64,000 nucleotides of DNA from Alistipes sp. (GTDB lineage: Bacteria; Bacteroidota; Bacteroidia; Bacteroidales; Rikenellaceae): the NCBI GenBank assembly GCA_017481925.1, contig JAFUOK010000051.1, forward strand, positions 15,311 to 79,310, given 5' to 3'. Positions 31,192 through 41,547 of the stretch are shown in pieces (position 1 is the first letter of the stretch; each line of letters starts with the position of its first letter). The translations under genes were made by a program, and so were the position numbers. The notes under the pieces were generated by a model. It made no database searches, was not told the origin of the DNA, and saw nothing but the letters and a program-made list of their open reading frames with translations.

Positions 31192-32238
31192 TTATGCGTC
31201 AAGATGCACCTTACCCTCGAGGTCTTTCTTCAGCGTACCGAGGAAATCCTCGTCCGAGCCTTCAAGGAACTCCACCTTCAGTGGCTGATAGAACAATCGC
31301 TCACGCATAATATCGGGCACTCGGCGACTACGACGCAACTTCACGGCATCCTTCTCCGTGGTGAGCAGCATAGCCTTGGGATACTTCTCCAGCAGGGCTA
31401 CGATACGCTCAATATCCGACATCGAATAGACATGATGATCGGGGAAATTGAGTTTTGCCTTCACATCATAACACTTGCGGACACCCGACACAAAGGCCTT
31501 GGGATTACCGATTCCCGACATTACAACCACCTCATCACCAGCCGTCAACGTATTCTCGGTCTGGAACAGAGGCACCGCCTCGGTAGGCACCACACGGGTG
31601 AAGTAGACCTTCTGGTAGGCTATCTTATGCAACTCCTTGCGCCACATACGCTGTGCCAGAGGCTGCATATCGACAGGACACTTCGTAACGATGAAATAGT
31701 GGGCACGATCCAACGAAGAGACCTTATCTCGCAGTGTGCCTGCGGGCAGGAAGTCATCCTCGTAATAGGGACGTGTAGAATCCACGATTACTACATTGAT
31801 ACGGGCATTGACGTGACGATGCTGAAAACCGTCATCCATCACGATGAGATTCACCTCGGGGTGTTCCTGCATAATACGGTGGATGGCTTCGGCGCGTTTC
31901 TCACACACAACAACCAGAGCGTCAGGATATTTGAGCTTTATCTGCAGAGGCTCATCGCCCACATCGCGATACGACGACGAGGTCTTAACCTCCATATAGC
32001 CACTTGTGCGACGGCCATATCCGCGCGAGAGCAGAGCCACGTTGTAGTGCGACTTCATGTAGCCCACAATCATCTCGGCCGTAGGGGTCTTGCCCGTACC
32101 GCCAACAGTGATATTTCCAACGCAAATGATGGGAATCGGGAACTCTTCGCTCTTTAGCAGACCGCAATCAAACATCCAATGACGAATCGATATCGCCATT
32201 CGATATGGGTAGGACAATAATTTCAACAGAAATTTCAT
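31192..32238 (-). CDS. lpxK: Tetraacyldisaccharide 4'-kinase
   Basis: VGNITVGGTGKTP, LSRGYGR, GDEP, DDGFQH, PAGTLR, TTEKDAVKL. Confidence 0.96.
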   Translation of the reverse strand: MKFLLKLLSYPYRMAISIRHWMFDCGLLKSEEFPIPIICVGNITVGGTGKTPTAEMIVGYMKSHYNVALLSRGYGRRTSGYMEVKTSSSYRDVGDEPLQIKLKYPDALVVVCEKRAEAIHRIMQEHPEVNLIVMDDGFQHRHVNARINVVIVDSTRPYYEDDFLPAGTLRDKVSSLDRAHYFIVTKCPVDMQPLAQRMWRKELHKIAYQKVYFTRVVPTEAVPLFQTENTLTAGDEVVVMSGIGNPKAFVSGVRKCYDVKAKLNFPDHHVYSMSDIERIVALLEKYPKAMLLTTEKDAVKLRRSRRVPDIMRERLFYQPLKVEFLEGSDEDFLGTLKKDLEGKVHLDA

Positions 32239-32422
32239 ATTGGTTGCGGTCTGTTTTTCGAAATAAAATTGGCCAAAAAGGAGGCCAAAGTATATAATTC
32301 GGTCAAAGATAACTATTTATTTGCAACATTCCAACGCAAATTTCGTTTTTTCACTGAAATTAAAGCAATTTCCACAAACTAAAGACCACGAATATCTATT
32401 TTTTTACTAATTTTGTAGTACG

Positions 32423-33718
32423 ATGAAACGATTTATATATTTAGCACTTACGCTCCTCCTATTCTCCTCAGTGGCGTGTCGCAATGAGCACGGCATGGAC
32501 GAGGATACCCAACCAATTGAGGAGCCTCAACATACACTACTCTACGGAATTATAGCCGACAACTACCGCACCGAATCGGGCACCATCGCTCAGGGAGAGA
32601 CCTTGGGTAAGTTGCTCGGTCGCTATGGCGTGGGTGCCGCGACAGTCGATCGTCTGGACAAGGCGGCAAAAGATATATTCCCTCTACGACAGATTCGCGC
32701 CGACCGCCCCTATACGGTATTTATGGCGGCCGACAGCACAGGCAGCGAACGACTGGATTACTTTGTCTATGAGAAGGATGTGATTGAGTACGTGGTATTT
32801 GGATTTAAGAATGACAGCATAACCATCCATCAGGGAGAGAAGGATGTCACCATCCGTCGCCAGATGCGCTCATCGGTTATCGAGTCATCGCTCTGGGGAG
32901 CCATTATGCGCGACAGCCTGCCCTATGCCTTGGCAGCAGATCTGGAGGAGATATATCAGTGGACGGTCGATTTCTTCGGCATACAGAAAGGAGACAACTT
33001 CACGGTAATATACGACGAGAAACTCATCGACACCACCCACGTCGGCATTGGCCGTATATGGGGTGCGAAGTTCAACCACGCCGGCAAGGAGGTCTATGCC
33101 ATCCCATTCCAGCAGGGCGACAAGGTGCAGTACTGGGAGTACAATGGAGCATCATTGCGCAAGCAGCTGCTCAAGGCACCGCTCAAGTTCACTCGCATCA
33201 GTTCGCGTTTCTCGCGTTCACGTCTGCACCCTGTGCATCGCGTATATCGTCCTCACCTCGGAGTTGATTATGCAGCTCCCTCGGGCACACCCGTACACGC
33301 CGTGGCCGATGGTGTTGTTTCGTTCAAAGGCTGGGGCGGTGGTGGTGGTAACACCATCCGTATCAAGCACGCCGGCAACCTCGAGACGGGCTATCTGCAC
33401 CTGCGAGGCTTTGCCAAGGGCATCAACAAGGGCACACGCGTAAAGCAAGGCGATCTGATTGGCTATGTGGGTAGTACGGGCACCTCAACAGGTCCTCACC
33501 TAGACTACCGCATCTGGAAGAATGGTGTAAACATCGACCCGCTGAAAGTTCCGCAGGAGCCTGCCGAACCTATTGCCGAGAGCAACAAGGCGGCATTTGA
33601 GGCTATCCGCGACCGCATCGTAGCCGAACTTAACGGCGTAGCCACGCCCGATATGATAGTCACGAGTCTGGAACCTCAGCCTGCTGACAGCACGGCTATG
33701 GCCCCCAAAAACGAGTAG
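32423..33718 (+). CDS. M23 family peptidoglycan endopeptidase (MepM-like lipoprotein)
   Basis: Lipobox-like SVAC; HLGVD, YLHL, STGPHLD. Confidence 0.92.
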   Translation: MKRFIYLALTLLLFSSVACRNEHGMDEDTQPIEEPQHTLLYGIIADNYRTESGTIAQGETLGKLLGRYGVGAATVDRLDKAAKDIFPLRQIRADRPYTVFMAADSTGSERLDYFVYEKDVIEYVVFGFKNDSITIHQGEKDVTIRRQMRSSVIESSLWGAIMRDSLPYALAADLEEIYQWTVDFFGIQKGDNFTVIYDEKLIDTTHVGIGRIWGAKFNHAGKEVYAIPFQQGDKVQYWEYNGASLRKQLLKAPLKFTRISSRFSRSRLHPVHRVYRPHLGVDYAAPSGTPVHAVADGVVSFKGWGGGGGNTIRIKHAGNLETGYLHLRGFAKGINKGTRVKQGDLIGYVGSTGTSTGPHLDYRIWKNGVNIDPLKVPQEPAEPIAESNKAAFEAIRDRIVAELNGVATPDMIVTSLEPQPADSTAMAPKNE

Positions 33719-33720
33719 CA

Positions 33721-34143
33721 ATGGCAGCCGTAGATAAGAAAATAGAGCGCTTCATCGCCAAGCACCACGTACTCACGCTCGCCACTGCAACCGAGCAGGG
33801 CGAACCATACTGCTGTAACTGTTTCTATGCCTATGATGCCGAGTCGGCAGCGTTTATCTTTACGACCGACGTAGCAACCCACCACGGAGAGATGATGTTA
33901 CAGAATAGCCGCGTGGCGGCATCCATCGTACTCGAGACTCGCACCGTTGGCAAAGTGCAGGGCCTGCAGATTACGGGTCGTGCCGTAAGAGCAAAGGATG
34001 GTGACCGCATGACCTACATCAAGGCTTTTCCCTATGCGGCTGTAGCTGATCTATCGTTATGGCGCATAGAAGCCGATATGATGAAATTAACAGATAACAC
34101 CCTCGGATTCGGGAAGAAACTTATATGGCACAGAGAGGAGTAA
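33721..34143 (+). CDS. Pyridoxamine 5'-phosphate oxidase-like (YhbP-like) protein
   Basis: HVLTLAT, CFYA, QGLQ, TDNTLGFGKK. Confidence 0.82.
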   Translation: MAAVDKKIERFIAKHHVLTLATATEQGEPYCCNCFYAYDAESAAFIFTTDVATHHGEMMLQNSRVAASIVLETRTVGKVQGLQITGRAVRAKDGDRMTYIKAFPYAAVADLSLWRIEADMMKLTDNTLGFGKKLIWHREE

Positions 34144-34805
34144 TCATCGTCGCAGGCGGCTCGGGTCGCCGTATGGGAGGCTCGCTACCCAAGCAGTTTA
34201 TGATGCTGGGCAATGAGCCCATATTGGCACGTTCGATAAACCGCATACACGAGGCTCTGCCTGCAGCCGAGATCGTTGTTGTTCTGCCCAAGGACCACAT
34301 CGAGCTATGGAAGAACATTGCTGCACGCTTTGAGGTGGCCGAGCACAAGATTGCGTGCGGCGGCGAGGAGCGTTTTCACTCTGTTCTCAACGGCTTGCAG
34401 GCGCTGAGCGAGGAGGTGGAGTACATTGGCATACACGATGCCGTGCGTCCTCTGGTATCGAAGAGACTCATAATCAAACTGATGCTCGAAGCGGAGAAAA
34501 ACGCAGCCGTAATACCCGTTGTGGCACCACCCGACTCATACCGCAAGGTGGAGGGCGAGTTATCGCACATCATTGATCGCTCGACGCTACGCATCGTACA
34601 GACACCACAGGTCTTCCAGACCTCTATCTTGCGTAAGGCTTATGAGCAGGAGTTCAGCCCTGCATTCACCGACGATGCATCGGTTGTGGAGATGGCAGGT
34701 CACAAGATAACTCTGGTGGAGGGAGAACGCGAAAATATAAAGATAACAACGCCCGTAGATATGACCATCGCCGAGGCGATAATTGCGATGCAGGATGAAG
34801 AGTAG
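34125..34805 (+). CDS. ispD: 2-C-methyl-D-erythritol 4-phosphate cytidylyltransferase
   Basis: AGGSGRRMG..PKQF, HDAVRP, QTPQ, TDDAS, NIKITT. Confidence 0.93.
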   Translation: MAQRGVIIVAGGSGRRMGGSLPKQFMMLGNEPILARSINRIHEALPAAEIVVVLPKDHIELWKNIAARFEVAEHKIACGGEERFHSVLNGLQALSEEVEYIGIHDAVRPLVSKRLIIKLMLEAEKNAAVIPVVAPPDSYRKVEGELSHIIDRSTLRIVQTPQVFQTSILRKAYEQEFSPAFTDDASVVEMAGHKITLVEGERENIKITTPVDMTIAEAIIAMQDEE

Positions 34806-35298
34806 TTTTCGCTACCATTTCGATCGTCGGACCATTACGATTACCATACTCTCGCTCGTAGTGTGCGCTGCGGGAGCCGTGTTATTGTATATGCTCTATA
34901 TGGGAGGGTTCTTCTCGGCGTGGTTCGTGTCGTTTGTGATGGCCATAGCAGCTCTGATGATTCTCTCCATTCCACGACGTATCGTATTACTGGAGAATAA
35001 ATTGGAGATTCAGTGTGTGTTCGACATCACCGAGATCGACATCCGTGAGATAGCCCGCATACGCAAGGTGAGCAATCGACGTCTGCGCTGGACAATGCTC
35101 CTATTCGGCAGTTCGGGATTTTGCGGTTATTATGGTAAGTTTTTCGATCTGCGCGAAACCGAGATCATCACGATATACTCATCGGAGTGGAATAATTTTG
35201 TCGAGATTACCGACATCTACGACTCACGCACATACGTTTCGTGCCGCGACGCCGATGAGTTGATTGCCGCCGTGCGCCAAAGACAAATAACAGAATAA
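34795..35298 (+). CDS. Membrane protein with bacterial PH-like domain
   Basis: Two TM helices then LFGSSGFCGYYG motif. Confidence 0.65.
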   Translation: MKSSFRYHFDRRTITITILSLVVCAAGAVLLYMLYMGGFFSAWFVSFVMAIAALMILSIPRRIVLLENKLEIQCVFDITEIDIREIARIRKVSNRRLRWTMLLFGSSGFCGYYGKFFDLRETEIITIYSSEWNNFVEITDIYDSRTYVSCRDADELIAAVRQRQITE

Positions 35299-35299
35299 T

Positions 35300-35803
35300 A
35301 TGGTTGTTGTATTTACCGACAAGAAGAGTTGCATCCGCAACATCGAGTACTCATTCTCCCCCACGGCACACGGAGAACTCCTCACAGCGTGGTGCCAGGG
35401 CTGGCTATGTTATGCCACCTTCACCGATTATCTAACACGTGAAGTTGTGCTAAAAGAGATGCAACGACTATTTCCCAAGGCGACCTTCACTCCCACCACT
35501 CGCACATTCGACCCTACCACATCACGACCGGAGCGCATACTCATGGTAGGCACACGTTTTCGCCACGACGTCTGGCGTGCTCTGCTTGACATTCCCCGCG
35601 GCTCAACCACGACCTACTCCGCTCTCGCCTCAAAGGCCAACCATCCCTCGGCTGTACGCGCCGTAGCGACAAGTGTTGGGTGTAACCCTATAAGCGTGGT
35701 TGTTCCCTGCCATCGCATCGTACCTGCATCGGGAGGCATAGGCAACTACCACTCGGGCGCAGAGATAAAACGCACGCTATTGCAGGCCGAGGCATTAGCC
35801 TAA
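35300..35803 (+). CDS. ogt: Methylated-DNA--protein-cysteine S-methyltransferase
   Basis: AVRAV, NP...VPCHRIV active site. Confidence 0.92.
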   Translation: MVVVFTDKKSCIRNIEYSFSPTAHGELLTAWCQGWLCYATFTDYLTREVVLKEMQRLFPKATFTPTTRTFDPTTSRPERILMVGTRFRHDVWRALLDIPRGSTTTYSALASKANHPSAVRAVATSVGCNPISVVVPCHRIVPASGGIGNYHSGAEIKRTLLQAEALA

Positions 35804-36577
35804 TGCCACATCGAGCATCATCATCAGCGCAAAACCCAACGCTACACCTATGGTTGCCACATTTGAGTGGCGACCGCTCTGCGATTCGGGGATAAGCTCC
35901 TCCACGACAACATATATCATCGCTCCAGCCGAAAAAGCCAACAGATAGGGAAGAATGGGCTGCAGCCAATCAATCAGAAGAATAGTTATAAGACCCGCTA
36001 TAGGCTCCACAATGCCCGAGCCTACACCATAACCAAAGGCCTTCCAGCGGCTCTTCACGCTCTGCTTCAATGGCATCGAGACAATAGCCCCTTCAGGAAA
36101 ATTCTGAATCGCTATACCAAGCGAGAGAGCGAGTGCTCCCGCCATAGTAATACCGGCACTTTCGGTCATAGCACCAGCGAGCACAACGCCCACGGCCATA
36201 CCCTCGGGGATATTATGCAGCGTAACGGCCAAGAAGAGCATCGTCGAACGCCCCAGGCCACTCTTCATACCCTCTGGCTCCGTAGAGTCCAGATGCAGGT
36301 GAGGCACCAGAGTATCGAATATCAGCAACGAAAACATACCTGCAAGAAAACCTATCACGGCAGGCACCCACGCAACGCCACCACTCTCGGCCGTCATATC
36401 TATTGACGGGATCAAGAGCGACCACACCGAGGCGGCAATCATCACTCCCGATGCAAAGCCGAGCAAGAGCTTCTGCACCCATGCCGACATCTGCTCACGC
36501 AGCAGAAAGACCATCGCTGCGCCAAGCGTCGTGCCAACGAAGGGCAGCAGCAAGCCGTATGTTACTTCGCTATACAT
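35795..36577 (-). CDS. ZIP family metal transporter (GufA/ZupT-like)
   Basis: GFASGVM, LHNIPEGMAVG, IQNFPEG, EELIPE. Confidence 0.92.
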   Translation of the reverse strand: MYSEVTYGLLLPFVGTTLGAAMVFLLREQMSAWVQKLLLGFASGVMIAASVWSLLIPSIDMTAESGGVAWVPAVIGFLAGMFSLLIFDTLVPHLHLDSTEPEGMKSGLGRSTMLFLAVTLHNIPEGMAVGVVLAGAMTESAGITMAGALALSLGIAIQNFPEGAIVSMPLKQSVKSRWKAFGYGVGSGIVEPIAGLITILLIDWLQPILPYLLAFSAGAMIYVVVEELIPESQSGRHSNVATIGVALGFALMMMLDVALG

Positions 36578-37165
36578 TTATCGTAACTCCTCCAAATAAT
36601 CTACAAAAGCCGAAAAGTCGGAATGTGAATCCACAAAGGCATCGTATGAAAACTCATCGTCACCCTCCTCGGGTACATCCGAGACCATCTTCACAACAAC
36701 TACAGGCAGGTCAAACAACTCCGCAGCCTGACAGATAGCCGTAGCCTCCATATCGAACAGACCCGACTCGAAGCCATACTGCGCCTTAACCGAACGGATT
36801 ATATCGCCATCGACAAACGAGTCGCCCGTCCACACCACGGCATCGTCGTGACCAAGCAGAGGGTGCGGATCGGTGAGCTCGGGGACAAAGTCACCGGGTA
36901 TGCGGCAATCGTAGTATCGCGCTACACGCGGTGCGACAATATCGCCACGCTTGCGGCCAAGCGTAGAGGCCGCATAGCCAACCACAGCCACACGGTCGAA
37001 TTCGCCATTGCCACGAGCAATCGTAAGAGCCGCACCAGCTGCCGACAGCGCCTTGCCCACGCCCGTGCGGGCTACCGTGTAACGATTTTTCAAGCCTTCG
37101 CGTTTAACCGCCTCACTCATATTGCAGTACTCACGCTCGGTAGGGGTAATAACCAGATATCTCAT
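36578..37165 (-). CDS. mtnN: 5'-methylthioadenosine/S-adenosylhomocysteine nucleosidase-like (PNP_UDP family)
   Basis: TGVGK, TGDSFV, DMEATA, KMVSD; ATG overlaps the luxS stop (TAATG). Confidence 0.78.
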   Translation of the reverse strand: MRYLVITPTEREYCNMSEAVKREGLKNRYTVARTGVGKALSAAGAALTIARGNGEFDRVAVVGYAASTLGRKRGDIVAPRVARYYDCRIPGDFVPELTDPHPLLGHDDAVVWTGDSFVDGDIIRSVKAQYGFESGLFDMEATAICQAAELFDLPVVVVKMVSDVPEEGDDEFSYDAFVDSHSDFSAFVDYLEELR

Positions 37166-37683
37166 TACCAAGCACACTCATAAATTGAACCAATACCTGC
37201 CGCCTCAGCCTCATCGCGAGTGTAGAGACAACGCATATATTGCGCCATAGCGGCATTTGTCGAAGCAACGGCAAATAGGCCGGGGTTACCGCACTGCACC
37301 TCATTAAGGCCGACGATATCCTCCTTCGACTTAAGGGGGAATGCCTGCTTATATACGCGAGCCAGAGCCTCACGAATCTGCTCGGCCGTAACGTCATTCA
37401 TCGTCGAGAGATAGAAGCCCGTCTTGCAACCCATCGGGCAGAACGATACGATGCTCTTGCCGATGACGGGATCCAGACGCAAATAGTAGGCCATCATATG
37501 CTCGATGGTATGCACCTCGCCCGAACCGAGTACAGCGTGATCCATCGGCGCACGGAAACGCATATCCCACGAATGTACGGCCAGCTCGTCGTTGATTGTA
37601 TATACTGAACGCAAATAGAGGCCCTCCTTGAGGGTCAAGTGATCGACATCGAATGACGACACAACAGATTTCTTACTTTCCAT
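37165..37683 (-). CDS. luxS: S-ribosylhomocysteine lyase (AI-2 synthase)
   Basis: SFDVDH, DMRF, HTIEH metal motif, PMGCKTGFY catalytic Cys, CGN. Confidence 0.93.
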   Translation of the reverse strand: MESKKSVVSSFDVDHLTLKEGLYLRSVYTINDELAVHSWDMRFRAPMDHAVLGSGEVHTIEHMMAYYLRLDPVIGKSIVSFCPMGCKTGFYLSTMNDVTAEQIREALARVYKQAFPLKSKEDIVGLNEVQCGNPGLFAVASTNAAMAQYMRCLYTRDEAEAAGIGSIYECAW

Positions 37684-37711
37684 AATATTTTCTTTATTAT
37701 TTTTCTCTTAT

Positions 37712-38254
37712 CTATCTCTTTTCGGGTGACTTACGGTCGAAAAAGGGGCTCTTCGACGATGAGCTGAGAGGTATGGCAAAGACCAGATCGGCACCCTCCA
37801 GCACGCCCATACGCTTGGCTACCCAGCCTGCCGAGAACAATACGCGCGAGTCGAGTCTCAGGTCAGCGATCTTCGAGCAAGCTGCACCTATAGCAATACC
37901 CACATCAATAGCATTCATCACACAAGGTACTTCGCACGGTTTTTCAGCACACGTAGCCGAGCCGCAATAACCGCAATTCAGGGCGCACGCCTCGTCGGGA
38001 TTGCGTGTTCCAATAAGTAGCAATGCCTGCGCCTGCAAGATATTGGCCGCATCGCGCAAAAGGAATTTCAGCCCCGTTTCGGCACTAACCTCAAGCATCA
38101 TATTCGACAAACGCTCGACATCCTCATCCGTGAGCATCGCTATCTCCACCAGATCGCGACCCTTGGCCTTGGGCGCCGTACGTGCCGCCACCATAACTGC
38201 CTCGGCAAGCATACGAACCGCCTCGGCACGCATATCTCTTTCGTTGTAAATCAT
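37712..38254 (-). CDS. Ferredoxin-domain protein (DUF2148-like)
   Basis: AARTAPKAKG, LNCGYCG...C, D.GIAIG.A, K.PFFDR. Confidence 0.78.
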   Translation of the reverse strand: MIYNERDMRAEAVRMLAEAVMVAARTAPKAKGRDLVEIAMLTDEDVERLSNMMLEVSAETGLKFLLRDAANILQAQALLLIGTRNPDEACALNCGYCGSATCAEKPCEVPCVMNAIDVGIAIGAACSKIADLRLDSRVLFSAGWVAKRMGVLEGADLVFAIPLSSSSKSPFFDRKSPEKR

Positions 38255-38398
38255 AACTTATACGGTTTTGTTGGGGATAAAATTACAATTTTTTACGCTT
38301 TCTGCAAAGTATCGGCCATAGATTTCCATCCTCAACCTGCGGCTTTATCCGTTGGCTTGTTTTTTGCTCGCCTACACCTAAACACAAAAACAATCACT

Positions 38399-39364
38399 AT
38401 GGACAAGATTACAATATACCAATTTACCGATCCCGTATGCGTATGGTGCTGGGGCAACGAACCGGTAATGAGAGCCATAGACTACCTCTACGGCAACAAG
38501 GTGGGAGTGGAGTATATTATGGGTGGGCTCATTGAGGAGATCTCTACACTCTACGACATCAAAGGCAACAAACGCCAGATAATTGAGAAGGCCAACTCCT
38601 TGATGGCCGAGAACTGGCTCTCGGCATCCGAGCGGCACGGTATGCCCGTGAACACACGCCATATGGCGCTATTCAGCGAACGTTACCCGTCAAGCTTTCC
38701 ACAGAATATAGCCTTCGAGGCGGCACACCGCATAGACCCCACGATGGCAAAACGTTTTCTACGCCGCATACGCGAGGCCACATTTATCGAATCGCGACGC
38801 ACATCGCAGATTGATGTACTCATCGAACTTGCCGCAGAGGTAGGCTTTGATGCAGCACGTTTCATAGACGAATATACCGCAGGTCAGGCACAGCACGACT
38901 TCTCCAACGCCCGGATGAAGTGTCGCCGCAATGGTATAACGGGATTCCCGTCATACCTTATAAAAAACGATTCGACAAAGATAACATTGGGAGGCTATCA
39001 AAATCTAAGTACCTTCCACACTATCATCGGTCGATTAAGTGAGGGTAAAATCAAGCCCCGTCGTCTGGGCCCTTCGATTGCCAACATTACAGATTTTATG
39101 CGACGCTACCAACGTGTCTATCCCGTAGAGATTGAGGTTACATTCGGTCTGGATCGCGATCGCACCGATCTGATGATTGAGGAGCTGATCCGCGCAGGTA
39201 AACTCACCGCCGAAAATGTGGGCAACGGGCGTCGCCTGACCATTACCGAAGCGGCAAAAGTGCCCCGCATCACACGCCGCATAAAGCACAATCAACAGGA
39301 GCACAAAGCCTCATCGCATAAGCCAGAAGTGGCCACAGCACAACACTCCAAAGCAAAAGATTAG
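38399..39364 (+). CDS. DsbA/FrnE-like thioredoxin-fold protein (YjbH/SpxH-like)
   Basis: FTDPVCVWCWG CxxC, GITGFPS cis-Pro loop; ATG at 38399. Confidence 0.82.
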   Translation: MDKITIYQFTDPVCVWCWGNEPVMRAIDYLYGNKVGVEYIMGGLIEEISTLYDIKGNKRQIIEKANSLMAENWLSASERHGMPVNTRHMALFSERYPSSFPQNIAFEAAHRIDPTMAKRFLRRIREATFIESRRTSQIDVLIELAAEVGFDAARFIDEYTAGQAQHDFSNARMKCRRNGITGFPSYLIKNDSTKITLGGYQNLSTFHTIIGRLSEGKIKPRRLGPSIANITDFMRRYQRVYPVEIEVTFGLDRDRTDLMIEELIRAGKLTAENVGNGRRLTITEAAKVPRITRRIKHNQQEHKASSHKPEVATAQHSKAKD

Positions 39365-39491
39365 CAGCAGGTTACATTTTGTTATGAATAAATATTTTTA
39401 TTCATTCATATATATACAACTGAATATCAGGTATTTTTACGACAATTATTCATAATAAATTATATTTATATGCAAGAAAATGGGCAATTTT

Positions 39492-39523
39492 CTTGTTTTT
39501 AATAAATTTTACTATTACTTTTG
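39492..39523 (+). promoter_or_regulatory. Sigma-A promoter of the ilv-leu operon
   Basis: CTTG (39492-39495), 20-nt spacer, TACTTTTG (39516-39523). Confidence 0.65.
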
Positions 39524-39548
39524 TAACACAACAATTAAACGAAACTTT

Positions 39549-39605
39549 ATGAACGCTGGTTTGTATATTATCATTAACCTAATCCTCGTAGTCTTGCACA
39601 GATAA
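39549..39605 (+). CDS. ilv-leu operon leader peptide MNAGLYIIINLILVVLHR
   Basis: 18-aa ORF absent from the ORF track; 10 of residues 5-16 are Ile/Leu/Val; lies between promoter and attenuator. Confidence 0.88.
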   Translation: MNAGLYIIINLILVVLHR

Positions 39606-39606
39606 C

Positions 39607-39680
39607 GGGAGAAAGGTTTGTATATATACGTGTACAGCATTTTATATAGGCCTTTCTCCTGCAGGAGAGAGGCTTTTTTT
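39607..39680 (+). promoter_or_regulatory. Transcription attenuator (antiterminator plus terminator)
   Basis: Terminator GCCTTTCTCC-TGCA-GGAGAGAGGC-T7 (39650-39680); alternative 18-bp helix 39607-39624 with 39643-39660. Confidence 0.88.
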
Positions 39681-39700
39681 AACGACTAAACTTGGCAAAG

Positions 39701-41521
39701 ATGAAACATCAATTAAGAAGTGCCATCACGACCGTAGGCCGACGTATGGCTGGAGCAAGGAGCCTATGGCGCGCCAATGGAATGACAAAGGAGCAGATGG
39801 GAATGCCCGTAATCGGCATTGCCAATTCGTTCACGCAGATGGTCCCCGGACACGTACACCTGCACGAAATAGGACAATACGTAAAGAGCCTTATAGAGGA
39901 GCAGGGTTGCTTTGCGGCCGAGTTCAATACCATAGCCATCGACGATGGTATTGCAATGGGTCACGACGGTATGCTCTACTCACTACCCTCACGCGACATA
40001 ATTGCCGACTCGGTGGAGTATATGGCCAACGCACATAAGGTCGATGCGCTGGTATGCATCAGCAACTGCGATAAGATTACACCCGGAATGTTGATGGCAT
40101 CGATGCGCCTGAATATCCCCACCGTATTTGTATCGGGAGGACCTATGGAGGCGGGTAACTTCCGTGGCCGTGGCGCCGACCTGATTGATGCTATGGTACT
40201 CAGCGCCGATGAGAATTGTTCGGACGAGGACGCCGACGAGATTGAGGCTTCAGCTTGCCCGGGATGCGGTTCTTGCTCTGGAATGTTTACCGCCAATTCG
40301 ATGAACTGCCTTAACGAGGCCCTGGGTTTGGCACTGCCGGGCAATGGTACGATAGTGGCGACACATGAGAATCGCAAGGCTCTGTTTGCAAAGGCCGCAA
40401 AGTTGATTGTCGAGAATGCCAAGCGTTACTACTTCGAGGGTGATGATTCTGTACTACCCCGCTCGATCGCCACGAAGGCCGCCTTCGAGAATGCTATGTC
40501 ACTCGATATTGCCATGGGAGGTTCTACAAATACGGTTCTTCATCTGCTCGCCATCGCACATGAGGCGGGTGTGGATTTTACAATGGCCGACATTGATCGC
40601 CTCTCTCGCAAGATCCCCGTGCTGTGTAAGGTTGCACCCAACGGCCACTACCACGTGCAGGATGTCAACCGAGCCGGAGGTATTATGGGTATTCTGGGAG
40701 AGTTGGCAAAGAACAATCTCATCGACACCGAGGCTCGCCGCGTAGATTTTTCAACATTAGCAGATGCCCTGGATAAATACTATTACGGCTCGGAAAACTT
40801 CAGCGACGAGGCTCGCAAGATATATTTAAGTGCCCCCGCAAACCGTTATAGCCGAGTGATGGGTTCGCAGGCTACATATTATAAAGAGATGGACTCTGAC
40901 CATGCTACGGGTTGTATCCGCGATATGGAGAATGCCTACTTCCGTGATGGCGGTCTGGCGGTGCTGACAGGTAATATCGCCCGCAAGGGTTGTATTGTCA
41001 AAACTGCGGGAGTAGCCGAGGAGCTGATGCAGTTCAGCGGCAAGGCCAAGGTATTTGAGTCGCAGGAGCAGGCGATGAACGGCATACTCGGAGGCGAGGT
41101 TGAGGCTGGCGACGTGGTTGTAATCCGCTACGAAGGCCCCAAGGGAGGCCCCGGAATGCAGGAGATGCTCTACCCCACCTCTTACCTTAAATCAAAGCAT
41201 CTGGATAAGGATTGTGCTCTGATTACTGACGGACGCTTCTCGGGTGGCACATCGGGTCTTTCGATTGGTCACGTATCGCCCGAGGCTGCATCGGGGGGTG
41301 AGATAGGTATTATCGAGGATGGCGATATGATAGATATCGACATCACAGCCCGCACAATCAACCTACGCATCTCGGACGAGGAGTTAAATGCCCGTATGGC
41401 AGCGTGGACATCTCGCAAACCAAAGTGTCGTGACCGCGTGATACCCCAATCACTCAAGGCATACTCACTGCTCGTTTCGTCGGCAGATCAGGGTGCCGTA
41501 AGAATCGTTCCCGAAGAGTAA
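39701..41521 (+). CDS. ilvD: Dihydroxy-acid dehydratase
   Basis: [41 protein letters not shown]. Confidence 0.97.
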   Translation: MKHQLRSAITTVGRRMAGARSLWRANGMTKEQMGMPVIGIANSFTQMVPGHVHLHEIGQYVKSLIEEQGCFAAEFNTIAIDDGIAMGHDGMLYSLPSRDIIADSVEYMANAHKVDALVCISNCDKITPGMLMASMRLNIPTVFVSGGPMEAGNFRGRGADLIDAMVLSADENCSDEDADEIEASACPGCGSCSGMFTANSMNCLNEALGLALPGNGTIVATHENRKALFAKAAKLIVENAKRYYFEGDDSVLPRSIATKAAFENAMSLDIAMGGSTNTVLHLLAIAHEAGVDFTMADIDRLSRKIPVLCKVAPNGHYHVQDVNRAGGIMGILGELAKNNLIDTEARRVDFSTLADALDKYYYGSENFSDEARKIYLSAPANRYSRVMGSQATYYKEMDSDHATGCIRDMENAYFRDGGLAVLTGNIARKGCIVKTAGVAEELMQFSGKAKVFESQEQAMNGILGGEVEAGDVVVIRYEGPKGGPGMQEMLYPTSYLKSKHLDKDCALITDGRFSGGTSGLSIGHVSPEAASGGEIGIIEDGDMIDIDITARTINLRISDEELNARMAAWTSRKPKCRDRVIPQSLKAYSLLVSSADQGAVRIVPEE

Positions 41522-41547
41522 ACAAGAACTACTACAACCTAAACAAT

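Noticed and set aside
31015-32157. Long antisense ORFs (380 aa here; also 13427-14287, 46476-47399, 49287-50201)
   Set aside because: Shadow frames of real genes, explained by codon bias.
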